From NCBI GenBank assembly GCA_963666565.1, contig OY762911.1, forward strand, positions 1,216,001-1,280,000: a stretch of 64,000 nucleotides of DNA, in the 5' to 3' direction. Position 1 is the stretch's first letter. Every line of letters starts with the position of its first letter. The notes beneath the pieces were generated by a model. That model had not been told where the DNA came from and did no database searches. It saw only the letters and a list, made by a program, of their open reading frames with translations. This document shows, piece after piece, positions 9,064 to 17,977 of this stretch. The DNA is from Thermoanaerobaculia bacterium. GTDB lineage: Bacteria; Acidobacteriota; Thermoanaerobaculia; Multivoradales; Multivoraceae. Both the position numbers and the translations under genes were made by a program.

Positions 9064-11850
9064 CTAGAAGTGGAAGCGCGCCCCGATTCGCCAGACCCGA
9101 CCGCGTATCAGCCGCCTCGGGGCGCCGAAGGGCCTGTCGCTGTTCAGGGACTGTTCGGCTTCGATGACCGTGTCGGCGTTGCCGACGTTGAAGACATCGA
9201 TGCCGACGCCGAGCCTGCGGTTGTTGCCGATGTTGAAGTCCTTCTCCACCCTCAGATCGAGGTTGATGCCGTCGTCGAGACGGAAGGAGCCCGCCGGGTA
9301 GCCGTAGATGTCCGAAGTCTGATCGACGTCTTCCACCCTGATGAGCTGGTTGTAGGTGTTGCCCGAGAAGTAGCTGAGGTAGCCGCCGACGATGATCCCG
9401 CCCGGGAGTTCCGCGTTGCCCAGAACCTTGATCAGGTGGGTTGGATCGATCGTCAGATTGCCGTAGGCGTTGATCTGGTGGTTCGGGTCGCTGAAGAAGG
9501 TCGAACTGCCGAGCTGGGAGCCTCTTCCCTCCAGGAACTCGTACCAGCCGTTGTTGTCGCTGCCTCTTGCCTCGCCGTATGTCCACGAAGCCTGCATCTG
9601 CCAGTTGTTGCGCCACCGCCTGGCGAGGCTTGCCGTGATCCCGGCGTACTTGCGGATCTTCCTGAAGCAGGTGATTTCCTTGTACGCCTGCCCGTAGTCC
9701 TCGCAGTGGTCGACGTTCGTGAAGTAGTACCGGTTCTCGCCCTCGTTCGTCTGGTTGAGAACGTTGAAGGTCCGTCCGCTGTCGGGATCCGTGTACCGCG
9801 TGGGTTCGAACTCGCCGGTGAGGTTCACGCCGTCCAGGAACTGGTGGTTCGTCCGATAGGTCGCGGTGATGTCGAGCGAGACGGTACGCGAGAGGACCTT
9901 CTCCCAGCCGACGTCCAGGGCGTCCATGTAGGGCACGCCGAGGCTGTCGTCGATCGTCCACTGGCCGGGACCTCGCCCTTCGGTGAAGTCGTGCTCCCAG
10001 ACCTCGTCGTCGGCGTTCCAGATGTAGCCCGTCACGTTGCTCTCGGGCGCCAGCCGGCTGTAGAACAGCGAGATGACCTGGTGGTAGTAGCGCCCCCAGT
10101 GGGCCTTCAGCACGGAGTCGTTGTCGTCTCCGAGGTTGATGTTCAGTCCGATGCGCGGCGCGATCCCGAGTTCGGGCGTGAACACGCTGCCCTGATCGAA
10201 GCGGACGCCGTTCACGTCCGACTCGACGGCCCCGCGCCAGTAGTTGGCCCGCAGGCCGAGGTTCAGCCTCACCCGGTCGTTGATTCCCCAGGAGTCCTGC
10301 ACGTAGCCGACGATCTTGTCGGTGTCGGCATAGGTGTCGTAGCCGGTGCTCTCGAAGAGGATGTAGGGCTCGCCGGCGAAGTCGTAGTAGTACTTGCCGC
10401 CCGCGTACTGGTTGAGCGTGTTGACCAGCGTGTTCTGCAGCTCGACGCCGAACTTGAAGTCGTGCTCGCCGCGGATGAAGTCATCCGTGAAGTGGCTGAC
10501 CGAGGCGATGACCTGGTAGCGCTCGCGGTTGGCATTGAAGGGCCCCCACCAGTTCCCGGAAAGGCGGTCTTCGAAGCCGTCGTAGCGGGCGGGCGTGTCG
10601 CCGCTGTCGGGAAGCTCAGTCTGACGCTGGTGATAGCCGCCGAACTTCAGATCGAGCAGCGTGTCCTGGGACAGCATGTCCGTGTAGTTGAAGTTGAACA
10701 GGTACTGGGTCTGTTCGTTGCTGAAGGTCGCGCCGGGGGCGACGAGGTCGCCCTCGTCCGCGCCCTGGTAGAGCTGGTCGCGGGTGCTGTACTCAAGCAT
10801 GCCGCTGAAGATCTTCTCCTGTGTCGGCGTCCAGTTGATCTTGCCGACCAAGCGGGGCGCCTCGTAGGTCGGGGCATTGACATGGTCCCCGCTGGCCGTC
10901 GAGTCCTCCTGGCGGTACTTGAACGAGGAGAAGAACCACGCCTTGTCGCGCTGCACGGGTCCGCCGATGTCGAAGTGGACATCGGTGTCCGAGCGGTCGC
11001 TGCCGCTGCGCTGCAGATCGGGGTCGTTCGTGTTCTGGGACTGCCAGTCGTTGTCGGAAAGTTGCAGGTCGACCAGACCGTTCAGATCGTTCGAGCCCTG
11101 CTTCGTCGTCACGTTGACGATCACGCCGCTGTAGCCGCCGTACTCGGCCGAGGCGCCGGCGCCGAGGACGGTGACGTCCTCGACCGAGAAGAAGCCGAGA
11201 GGCACCTCGCTCTCGCCCGCCTCCGGGCTGTTGATGACGACGCCGTCGATCGAGAACTGGACGCCCATGCCGGGTGAGCCATAGGCTGAAGGTTGCCTGC
11301 CGTCCGCGTTCTGGGAGTGGACGCCGGGCGCCAACTGCACGACGCCGCGGATGCTGCGCTGGGTCGGCACCTCCATCAGGATCTCGTTGTTGAGTTCCGT
11401 CGTCACAAGCGTCGAACTGCGGACGTCGATGAGCGGCGAGCCCTCGACGATGATGATGTCCTCGACGCTCCCCAACTGCATCGTCAGATCGACGCTCAGG
11501 GTCTTGCCGACGGTGAGGACGATGTCTTCCTGCTGCGCGGTCGAGAAGCCCTCGATCGAGGCCGCGACGGTGTAGGTGGACGGCAGCAGAGCGACGAAGC
11601 GGTAGCGTCCGTTCGCGTCCGTCATCGTTTCGCTCGTCGCGCCGAGTTCTCCCGACGTGAGCGTGACGTTGACGCCCGGCATGCGGTCGCCGTTGGGGTC
11701 AGTGATGGTGCCGGTGATCGAGCCGCGCTCGATCGACTGGGCCCATGCGGCCGCGCAGATGAAGGCGACGAGTACCCCCGAGCCGATGATCCGTGGGAAT
11801 CTTGCCGTCGGGGCAAGAGCGCGAGAACCGACGGTTCCGCCGTGCTTCAT
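9064..11850 (-). CDS. TonB-dependent receptor (Oar-like, carboxypeptidase-regulatory N-domain)
   Basis: Signal peptide, GSITGTITDPNG...PGVNVTL domain, plug motif GASAEYGGYSG, C-terminal RIGARFHF beta-barrel signature. Confidence 0.92.
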   Translation of the reverse strand: MKHGGTVGSRALAPTARFPRIIGSGVLVAFICAAAWAQSIERGSITGTITDPNGDRMPGVNVTLTSGELGATSETMTDANGRYRFVALLPSTYTVAASIEGFSTAQQEDIVLTVGKTLSVDLTMQLGSVEDIIIVEGSPLIDVRSSTLVTTELNNEILMEVPTQRSIRGVVQLAPGVHSQNADGRQPSAYGSPGMGVQFSIDGVVINSPEAGESEVPLGFFSVEDVTVLGAGASAEYGGYSGVIVNVTTKQGSNDLNGLVDLQLSDNDWQSQNTNDPDLQRSGSDRSDTDVHFDIGGPVQRDKAWFFSSFKYRQEDSTASGDHVNAPTYEAPRLVGKINWTPTQEKIFSGMLEYSTRDQLYQGADEGDLVAPGATFSNEQTQYLFNFNYTDMLSQDTLLDLKFGGYHQRQTELPDSGDTPARYDGFEDRLSGNWWGPFNANRERYQVIASVSHFTDDFIRGEHDFKFGVELQNTLVNTLNQYAGGKYYYDFAGEPYILFESTGYDTYADTDKIVGYVQDSWGINDRVRLNLGLRANYWRGAVESDVNGVRFDQGSVFTPELGIAPRIGLNINLGDDNDSVLKAHWGRYYHQVISLFYSRLAPESNVTGYIWNADDEVWEHDFTEGRGPGQWTIDDSLGVPYMDALDVGWEKVLSRTVSLDITATYRTNHQFLDGVNLTGEFEPTRYTDPDSGRTFNVLNQTNEGENRYYFTNVDHCEDYGQAYKEITCFRKIRKYAGITASLARRWRNNWQMQASWTYGEARGSDNNGWYEFLEGRGSQLGSSTFFSDPNHQINAYGNLTIDPTHLIKVLGNAELPGGIIVGGYLSYFSGNTYNQLIRVEDVDQTSDIYGYPAGSFRLDDGINLDLRVEKDFNIGNNRRLGVGIDVFNVGNADTVIEAEQSLNSDRPFGAPRRLIRGRVWRIGARFHF

Positions 11851-11954
11851 GGCCGCCTTCCTTCCTTGGACTGTTCCAATCTCCTCCGGTGACTATGCGC
11901 GGGCCGGTCTGGCGGTCCATGCCGGCCGGACAAACCTGTAGCGGTGTTGCAAAC

Positions 11955-11983
11955 ACGCTAGCGTTACTAAACGCGGTCGTCAA
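11955..11983 (-). promoter_or_regulatory. Putative sigma70 promoter of the TonB receptor, with a palindrome in the spacer
   Basis: Minus strand TTGACG-N17-TAGCGT; spacer holds the palindrome GCGTT-ACTA-AACGC (11961-11974). Confidence 0.55.
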
Positions 11984-12014
11984 ATCGGGTTCAGCCGGTT
12001 GAATCCTCCGTTGC

Positions 12015-12074
12015 CTGGGTGCGCGGGTCTTCCGACCCGCATGCCGCCGAAGGCGGCCAGGAACACGCCGGCCG
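12015..12074 (-). repeat. REP-like copy (full form)
   Basis: Plus strand CTGGGTGC-GCGGGTC-TTCC-GACCCGC-ATGCCGCCGAAGGCGGCCAGGAACACGCCGGCCG. Confidence 0.85.
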
Positions 12075-12096
12075 TCAGGCCGCCGCCACATCGCCT

Positions 12097-13245
12097 CTAC
12101 TGCCGCGCCACTTCCTCGATCGCCTCGATCCCGCCGACCCTCTCCGCGTTGTCGAGATACACCTGCCGCACCTTCTCCTCGAACAGCTCCCGGTCGATCT
12201 CGTTGAACTCGATCCCCAGCTTCTCCAGTTCGACCAGGGCCGCCGCGGTCATCGACGCCATCGCCTCCCGTTCGACCGCGACCGACGCCCGCCCCGCCTC
12301 CAGCACCGCGGCCTGGACCTCGGCCGGCAGATCGTCGTAGAGCTTTCGGCTGAAGACCAGGGCGACGGCCAGGTAGAGGTGCCGGGTGTAGGACACGTAC
12401 CTGGTGACCTCGTAGAAGCGCTCCCCGTAGAGATCGACGTGATCCGTCTCCGCGCCGTCGACGACGCCCTGCTCCAACGCCGAGTAGAGCTCGCCGAACG
12501 ACATCGGGGTCGCCTGCGCGCCGAGGGCGTTGAACGTGTCGACGAGGATCGGCGTCGGGATGACGCGGATCTTCAGACCCTCGAAGTCGGCTGGCACGAC
12601 GATGGGCCGCTCGGCGTTCCAGGCGTTGCGGCGGCCCGCGAACCAGTAGCCGAGCACGACGACGTCGAGTTCTTCCTCGATGCGAGCGGCGACGCGCTCG
12701 CCGACCGGGCCGTCCAGCACCCGGTAGAAGTGGTCGAGGTCGCGGAAGATGAAGGGGAAGTTGAAGATCTCCGCCTCCGGCACGAAGGCCGCGATGCCGC
12801 CGCCGGCGCTGGCCGCCGAGGCCGCCAAAGCCCCCAGCTTCACCATCAGGGTCGCCTCCTCCTCGGTGCCGAGCTGCGCGTTCTCGAAGATCTGGACCTG
12901 CACCGCGCCGCCGGTGCGCTCCTCCAGGACGCGGCGGAACTCCTCGAAGCCGGCCTGGAACGGGTGTCCGGCCGGTCCGTTGTGGGCGACCTTGAGCACG
13001 GTCGCGCCGTCGTTGCCGCGGCAGCCGGCGAGGAGGGCGATGGCGCAGAGCGCGAGGAACGCGGCGGCGCCGCCAGAGTGGAGCCGACCTAACGGCCGGC
13101 GCGTTCTCCTGGCCGCCTTCGGCGGCAGCGGGTCAGAACCCGGCTGGCAGGTCCCCGCGCCAGCCGCGTCACGGTCCGAGCGCCCGTCTTCGGGCGGTCG
13201 GATGTCAGACCCGCGCATCGGCAGGCGTCGCCGAGGGCTACTCAT
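12097..13245 (-). CDS. dctP: TRAP transporter substrate-binding lipoprotein (DctP family)
   Basis: FEGLKIRV and ATPMSFGELYSALEQGVVDGAE motifs; lipobox LAGC; long n-region containing a REP copy. Confidence 0.92.
   Translation of the reverse strand: MSSPRRRLPMRGSDIRPPEDGRSDRDAAGAGTCQPGSDPLPPKAARRTRRPLGRLHSGGAAAFLALCAIALLAGCRGNDGATVLKVAHNGPAGHPFQAGFEEFRRVLEERTGGAVQVQIFENAQLGTEEEATLMVKLGALAASAASAGGGIAAFVPEAEIFNFPFIFRDLDHFYRVLDGPVGERVAARIEEELDVVVLGYWFAGRRNAWNAERPIVVPADFEGLKIRVIPTPILVDTFNALGAQATPMSFGELYSALEQGVVDGAETDHVDLYGERFYEVTRYVSYTRHLYLAVALVFSRKLYDDLPAEVQAAVLEAGRASVAVEREAMASMTAAALVELEKLGIEFNEIDRELFEEKVRQVYLDNAERVGGIEAIEEVARQ
13093..13219 (+). repeat. REP-like copy (apparently split) within the dctP 5' coding region
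   Basis: CGGCCGGCGCGTTCTCCTGGCCGCCTTCGGCGGCAGCGGGTCAGAA at 13093-13138; right half AGACCCGCGCATC at about 13207-13219. Confidence 0.8.
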
Positions 13246-14518
13246 AGCCGAGCGCGCGCGGCAGCCACAGCGTGACCTGCGGCGCGAAAGTCAGGACGAG
13301 AAGCATCGCGAGCAGCAGCGCCAGGAACGGCAGCAGCTTCGGCGTCACCTTCTCGATCGGCGTCTTCCCGACGCCGCAAGCCACGTACAGGCAGATGCCG
13401 ACCGGCGGCGAGATCATGCCGATGCCGACGTTGGCGGCCACCAGAATGCCGAAGTGGAGCGGATCCATGCCGAGCGCCATCGCCGCCGGCAGCAGGATGG
13501 GCATCAGGATGATGATCGGCGGCAGGGCGTCCATCACCATGCCGAGAACGAGGAAGACGAGGTGGACGAAGAGGATGAAGACGATCCAGTTCGGCGCGTG
13601 GGCCGAGATCCCCTCCGCGAGCAGATGCGGCAGCCGCTCGAAGGTCAGCACGAACGAGAACATGGACGCCGTGCCCAGCACGAACAGGACGACGCCGGAG
13701 AGCGAAGCGGTCCGGAGCAGGATCTTGGGGATGTCCTCGAGCTTCAGCTCCCGGTAGACGAAGAAGGAGACCAGGGCGCCGTAGACCACGGCGACCGCCG
13801 ACGCCTCCGTCGGCGTGAAGACGCCGCCGTAGATGCCGCCGAGGATGATGACGATCATGAACAGCGGCAGGATGCCGTCGCGGATCGTGCGCAGCCGCCG
13901 CGGCCAAGTCGTGCGTTCTTCGAGCGGCAGGTCGAGGTCGAGCGCGCGAATCCAGGTGAGCCCCATCAGCGCCAGGCCCAGCACGATGGCCGGCGTGACG
14001 CCGGCCGCGAACAGGGCGCCGATCGACATTCCCGAGACGACGCCGATGACGATCAGGTCGATCGCCGGCGGCACCAGGGTGGAGACGCCGCCGGCCGAAG
14101 CGAACACGGCGGTCGCGAACGCCGGCGGGTACTTCCGCTCTCGCATGGCCGGCAGGGCCACCGAGCCGATCGCGGCGGTGTTTGCGCTCGGCGAGCCCGA
14201 GATGCCGGAGAACAGCATCGTCGAGAGGATGACGACCAGGCCGAGACCGCCGGGCAGGCGGCCGACGAACTGCATGGCCAGGTCCACGATCCGGCGCGCC
14301 ATGCCGCCGTGCGAGATGAGCGCCCCGGCGAGCACGAACAGCGGCACCGCCAGGAGCGGGAACGAGTCGAGCCCGGCGAGGAACTTCTGCGGCAGGACGA
14401 TCAGGAACTCGGGCGAGCTGTAGAGCAGGCCGACCATGGCCGCGAGCGCCAGCGCGATCGCGACCGGCACGCCGAGGAGCAGCGCCGCGACCAGGGTGAG
14501 AACGACCAGGAGCCCCAT
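13238..14518 (-). CDS. dctM: TRAP transporter large permease (DctM)
   Basis: LLAVPLFVLAG, FSGISGS, GGVFTPTEAS and ISPPVG motifs; start at MGLLVVL (14518). Confidence 0.92.
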   Translation of the reverse strand: MGLLVVLTLVAALLLGVPVAIALALAAMVGLLYSSPEFLIVLPQKFLAGLDSFPLLAVPLFVLAGALISHGGMARRIVDLAMQFVGRLPGGLGLVVILSTMLFSGISGSPSANTAAIGSVALPAMRERKYPPAFATAVFASAGGVSTLVPPAIDLIVIGVVSGMSIGALFAAGVTPAIVLGLALMGLTWIRALDLDLPLEERTTWPRRLRTIRDGILPLFMIVIILGGIYGGVFTPTEASAVAVVYGALVSFFVYRELKLEDIPKILLRTASLSGVVLFVLGTASMFSFVLTFERLPHLLAEGISAHAPNWIVFILFVHLVFLVLGMVMDALPPIIILMPILLPAAMALGMDPLHFGILVAANVGIGMISPPVGICLYVACGVGKTPIEKVTPKLLPFLALLLAMLLVLTFAPQVTLWLPRALGYE

Positions 14519-14529
14519 CGGCCGTCCCT

Positions 14530-15015
14530 CTACTCCCCTCGTTCCGCACGGAGCTCGCGGCGCCAGTTGACGAGCGCGTAGTACAGGGTCAGCGTGCTGC
14601 CGGCGAAGGCGGACGAGTAGGGGATCGCCATCGACATCCTCGTGGCCGGCGCCTCCATGCCGCGCACCTCGATGGCGAAGAGGAGCGACTGCGAGGCGAA
14701 GACCGCGAGGAAGACGGCCGTGGCCGCGGCAACGGCGGCGCCGATCCAGCGCCGCGCCGCGGGCGGCGCCCGGTCCACGACGAAGCGGAGCGCGAAGTGG
14801 GCGCCCGTCTTCATCGCGTAGGCGGCGGAGAGAGCCGCCAGCCACATCAGCAGGAAGCGGGCGAGTTCCTCCGACCAGGACAGCGACGCCTGCAGGACGT
14901 ACCGGAAAACGACCTGGGAAAACGTGACCGCGACCAGGGCGACCAGGATCGTGCAGACCGCCGCCTCCAGCGGGTGGCGGACCAGAGTCCGGAGCGCTGC
15001 GCCGATCCGGTTCAA
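14530..15015 (-). CDS. dctQ: TRAP transporter small permease (DctQ)
   Basis: QVVFRYVLQASLSWSEELARFLLMW motif; TTG start overlaps the SDR stop (TTGA). Confidence 0.88.
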   Translation of the reverse strand: MNRIGAALRTLVRHPLEAAVCTILVALVAVTFSQVVFRYVLQASLSWSEELARFLLMWLAALSAAYAMKTGAHFALRFVVDRAPPAARRWIGAAVAAATAVFLAVFASQSLLFAIEVRGMEAPATRMSMAIPYSSAFAGSTLTLYYALVNWRRELRAERGE

Positions 15016-15758
15016 TGCATGTATTGGCCGCCGTTGACGTAGAAGCTGGCGCCGGTCGTGAACTCCGCGTCGATCATGCACTCGACGATCCGGTTCACGT
15101 CCTCGAACTCGCCGAGCCTGCCCATCGGCAGCGAGCCGAGTTCCCTGGCCAGGCCCTCCTCCGTGTCGAGGCGGTAGCGGTCCATCACTTCCTGCGTCCG
15201 GACCGATCCCGGCACCAGGCAGTTGACCCGGATCCGCGGCGCAAGCTCGCGCGCCAGGCACTTCGTCAGCGCCAGGATGCCGCCCTTGGCGCTGCAGAAG
15301 TTGGCGCCGTTCAGCCGCCCGATCTGGCCGCAGGCGGCGGCGACGGTGACGATCGAGCCGGGGCGGTCGGGATTGTGGAACACGTACTCCTGGCAGCAGA
15401 GGAAGTGACCCTTCAGGTGCGCCGAGTGGACCGAGTCCCACATCTCGTCCGTCAGCTCGACGAAGGGGGCGTCGCGGTTGATGCCGGCGAAGTTCAGCAG
15501 GACGTCGACCCGGCCGAAGCGGTCCACCGTCGCGTCGAACATCGCCCGCACCTGCTCCCGGTCGCCGACGTCGGCCCGGTGCTTCATCAGCCGGTCCGGA
15601 TCGACCTGGGCGGCGACGCGGTCGAAGACGGCTTGCCCCCGGCCTTCGTTCAGGCAGTGAATCACCACCCGGAAGCCCCTGAGCGCGAAGTGCTCGGCCA
15701 GTTCGGCGCCGAGGCCGTTCGACGCGCCGGTGATCACCATGACTCTCTCTTCGCTCAT
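15012..15758 (-). CDS. SDR-family oxidoreductase (atypical active site)
   Basis: TGASNGLG, NFAG, IRVNCLVPG and VNGG motifs; the YxxxK position reads FCSAK. Confidence 0.88.
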   Translation of the reverse strand: MSEERVMVITGASNGLGAELAEHFALRGFRVVIHCLNEGRGQAVFDRVAAQVDPDRLMKHRADVGDREQVRAMFDATVDRFGRVDVLLNFAGINRDAPFVELTDEMWDSVHSAHLKGHFLCCQEYVFHNPDRPGSIVTVAAACGQIGRLNGANFCSAKGGILALTKCLARELAPRIRVNCLVPGSVRTQEVMDRYRLDTEEGLARELGSLPMGRLGEFEDVNRIVECMIDAEFTTGASFYVNGGQYMH

Positions 15759-15822
15759 CGCGCTCGTTCCTCCCGATCGCAGCGTACTCGCTGCGCCGCG
15801 GCGGCCGGTTCCGTGCAGCGTG

Positions 15823-16887
15823 CTAGTGGCCGCCCCAGATGTCGCCTACGGTGAAGCCGTTCGGGAACGGATCCTCCGGGTCGACCACGTACTGGGCGAA
15901 GCCGGTAATCCATGCCGTGCCCGCCAGCGTCGGCACCGCGGCGTGGATGTCGCCGACCTTCGTCTCCCGCACCATGCGGCCCGTGAAGGTGGTGCCGAGG
16001 ACGCCCTCGTGCACGAAGTCCTGGCCGAGCGGCAACTCGCCCTTGGCCCACATCGCCGCCATCTTCGCGCAGGTGCCGGTGCCGCAGGGAGAGCGGTCGA
16101 GGGCGCCGGTCCAGGTCAGCGGCCTCTTCCAGTCGAGCTTGCCGGTCGAGACGATCACCGTGTTGCGCCGGTGCGACCCGGGGTTGAGCGGCGGCGCCGA
16201 GAGCTGGCCGATCGTGACGCCGCGGATTTCCGGGTTGAGCGGGTGGACCGGCGGCGGAAGCTGCTCCCGGCAGGCGGCCTTGATCATCTCGCCGACGCGG
16301 GCCGCTTCGGCGGCCTCTTCCGGCGCCAGGGTCAGGCCGACCTGGTCGGCGTCGGCGATGACGTAGAACATGCCGCCGTAGGCGACGTCGACCGTCACCT
16401 TGCCGAGTTCCGGGACGTCGAGTTCGGCGTCGAGGTGGACGGCGAAGGCGGGCACGTTCTCGAACTCGACCCGCTTCACCTTGCCGCGTTCGACGTCGGC
16501 GCGCACCCGGATCAGGCCGGCGGGAGACTCCAGGGTCAACTCCGTGAGCGGCTCGTCGTGCGGCACCATGCCGGTCTCGATCAGCACGGTGACCACGGCG
16601 ATCGTGTTCGTGCCCGACATGCCGGGGTACTCCACCTGCTCCATGATCACGTAGCCGGCCACGGCGTCGGGGTGGGTGGGCGGCAGGATCAGGTTGCAGT
16701 TCGCCGCCGGGTAGCCGCGCGGTTCGCGCAGCATCCGCAGGCGCAGCTCGTCCGCCTCCGTTTCGAGGTAGCGCATCTTCTCGAACATCGTCTCGCCGGG
16801 CACGTCGAGGACGCCGCCGACGATGACCCGGCCCGGCTCGCCGCCGACGTGGGTGTCGACTGCGTGGATGACGTTGGAGACGCGCAC
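15823..16887 (-). CDS. Proline racemase family protein (Ser/Cys catalytic pair)
   Basis: VDTHVGGEPGRV, LREPRG, GMSGTN, DVAYGG and DRSPCGTGT motifs; GTG start at VRVSNVIH. Confidence 0.92.
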   Translation of the reverse strand: MRVSNVIHAVDTHVGGEPGRVIVGGVLDVPGETMFEKMRYLETEADELRLRMLREPRGYPAANCNLILPPTHPDAVAGYVIMEQVEYPGMSGTNTIAVVTVLIETGMVPHDEPLTELTLESPAGLIRVRADVERGKVKRVEFENVPAFAVHLDAELDVPELGKVTVDVAYGGMFYVIADADQVGLTLAPEEAAEAARVGEMIKAACREQLPPPVHPLNPEIRGVTIGQLSAPPLNPGSHRRNTVIVSTGKLDWKRPLTWTGALDRSPCGTGTCAKMAAMWAKGELPLGQDFVHEGVLGTTFTGRMVRETKVGDIHAAVPTLAGTAWITGFAQYVVDPEDPFPNGFTVGDIWGGH

Positions 16888-16889
16888 GC

Positions 16890-17945
16890 TCAGGCGCTCC
16901 CGCCGGGCGGCATGACCGTCATCTTCATCCAGCCCGCCGTGTTGTGGAAGTCGGCGACGACGCTGCCCGGCGGTACCAGCGCGTCGCAGGCGGCGCGCTG
17001 TTCGTCGGTCAGGGCCATGTCGAGCACCGGCAGCAGGTCTTCGAGGTGCCTGAGCGTCCGCGGCCCGATCAGCGGCGCGGTGATGCCGGGCTGGTCCTTG
17101 GTCCAGAGGATCGCGAACTGGGCTGGCGTCAGGCCGGACTCGGCCGCGATCCCGGCGAACCTGCGGCCGATGTCGATGCCGGCCCGCGTGACGCGGTCGG
17201 CGTAGAAGCCGCCGCGCAGCGCGGCGCGGGAGTTCTCGGGGTAGTCGGAATCGCTCAGGTAGCGACCGGCGAGCACGCCCATCGCCATCGGCGCCCAGGT
17301 GATGATGCCGAGCCCGAGGCGCTGGCACATCGGGATCAGTTCGTTCTCGATCCGGCGGTCCAGCAGGTTGTAGGGCGGCTGCTCGCTGGCGAAGCGGGCG
17401 TAGCCCTTCAGTTCGCTCGTCATCACGGCCTCGGCGACCATCCAGGCCGGGTGAGTCGAGCAGCCGATGTAGCGGATCTTCCCGGCCCGGACCAGGTCGT
17501 CCAGCGCCCTCAGGGTCTCGTCGAACGGCATCTCGGGCGAAGGGCGATGCAGTTGATAGAGGTCGATGTAGTCGGTCTGCAGCCTTCGGAGCGAGCCTTC
17601 GCAAGCGCGGATCAGGTTGATCCGCGAGTGACCGTACTCGTTGGGGCCGATGCTGCCGGTGTAGTCGACGACGCTCTGGCCGACGACCCGGCGGCCGTGA
17701 TCGACCTTGGTGGCGATCAGCAGTTCGTGGCGGCGGCCGTTCGCCTTGAGCGCCCGGCCGATGATCCGTTCGCCCTCGCCCTCGGCGTAGACCTCGCCGG
17801 TGTCGATCAGGTTGATGCCGGCGTCCATCGCCGTCTCCAGCATGCGAACGCATTCCGGCTCCGGCGTCGGATCGGCGAAGTTGTCGCTGCCGAAGCAGAG
17901 CGGGGCGACCTTGACGCCGGTCCGTCCCAGGGTGCGGTACTCCAT
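16890..17945 (-). CDS. Aldo/keto reductase
   Basis: MEYRTLGRTGVKV, IDTGEVY, IATK, SLRRLQTDYIDLYQLH and GKIRYIG motifs. Confidence 0.93.
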   Translation of the reverse strand: MEYRTLGRTGVKVAPLCFGSDNFADPTPEPECVRMLETAMDAGINLIDTGEVYAEGEGERIIGRALKANGRRHELLIATKVDHGRRVVGQSVVDYTGSIGPNEYGHSRINLIRACEGSLRRLQTDYIDLYQLHRPSPEMPFDETLRALDDLVRAGKIRYIGCSTHPAWMVAEAVMTSELKGYARFASEQPPYNLLDRRIENELIPMCQRLGLGIITWAPMAMGVLAGRYLSDSDYPENSRAALRGGFYADRVTRAGIDIGRRFAGIAAESGLTPAQFAILWTKDQPGITAPLIGPRTLRHLEDLLPVLDMALTDEQRAACDALVPPGSVVADFHNTAGWMKMTVMPPGGSA

Positions 17946-17977
17946 CGCGTACTCCCGTTGCCCGATCGACCCGGTGG

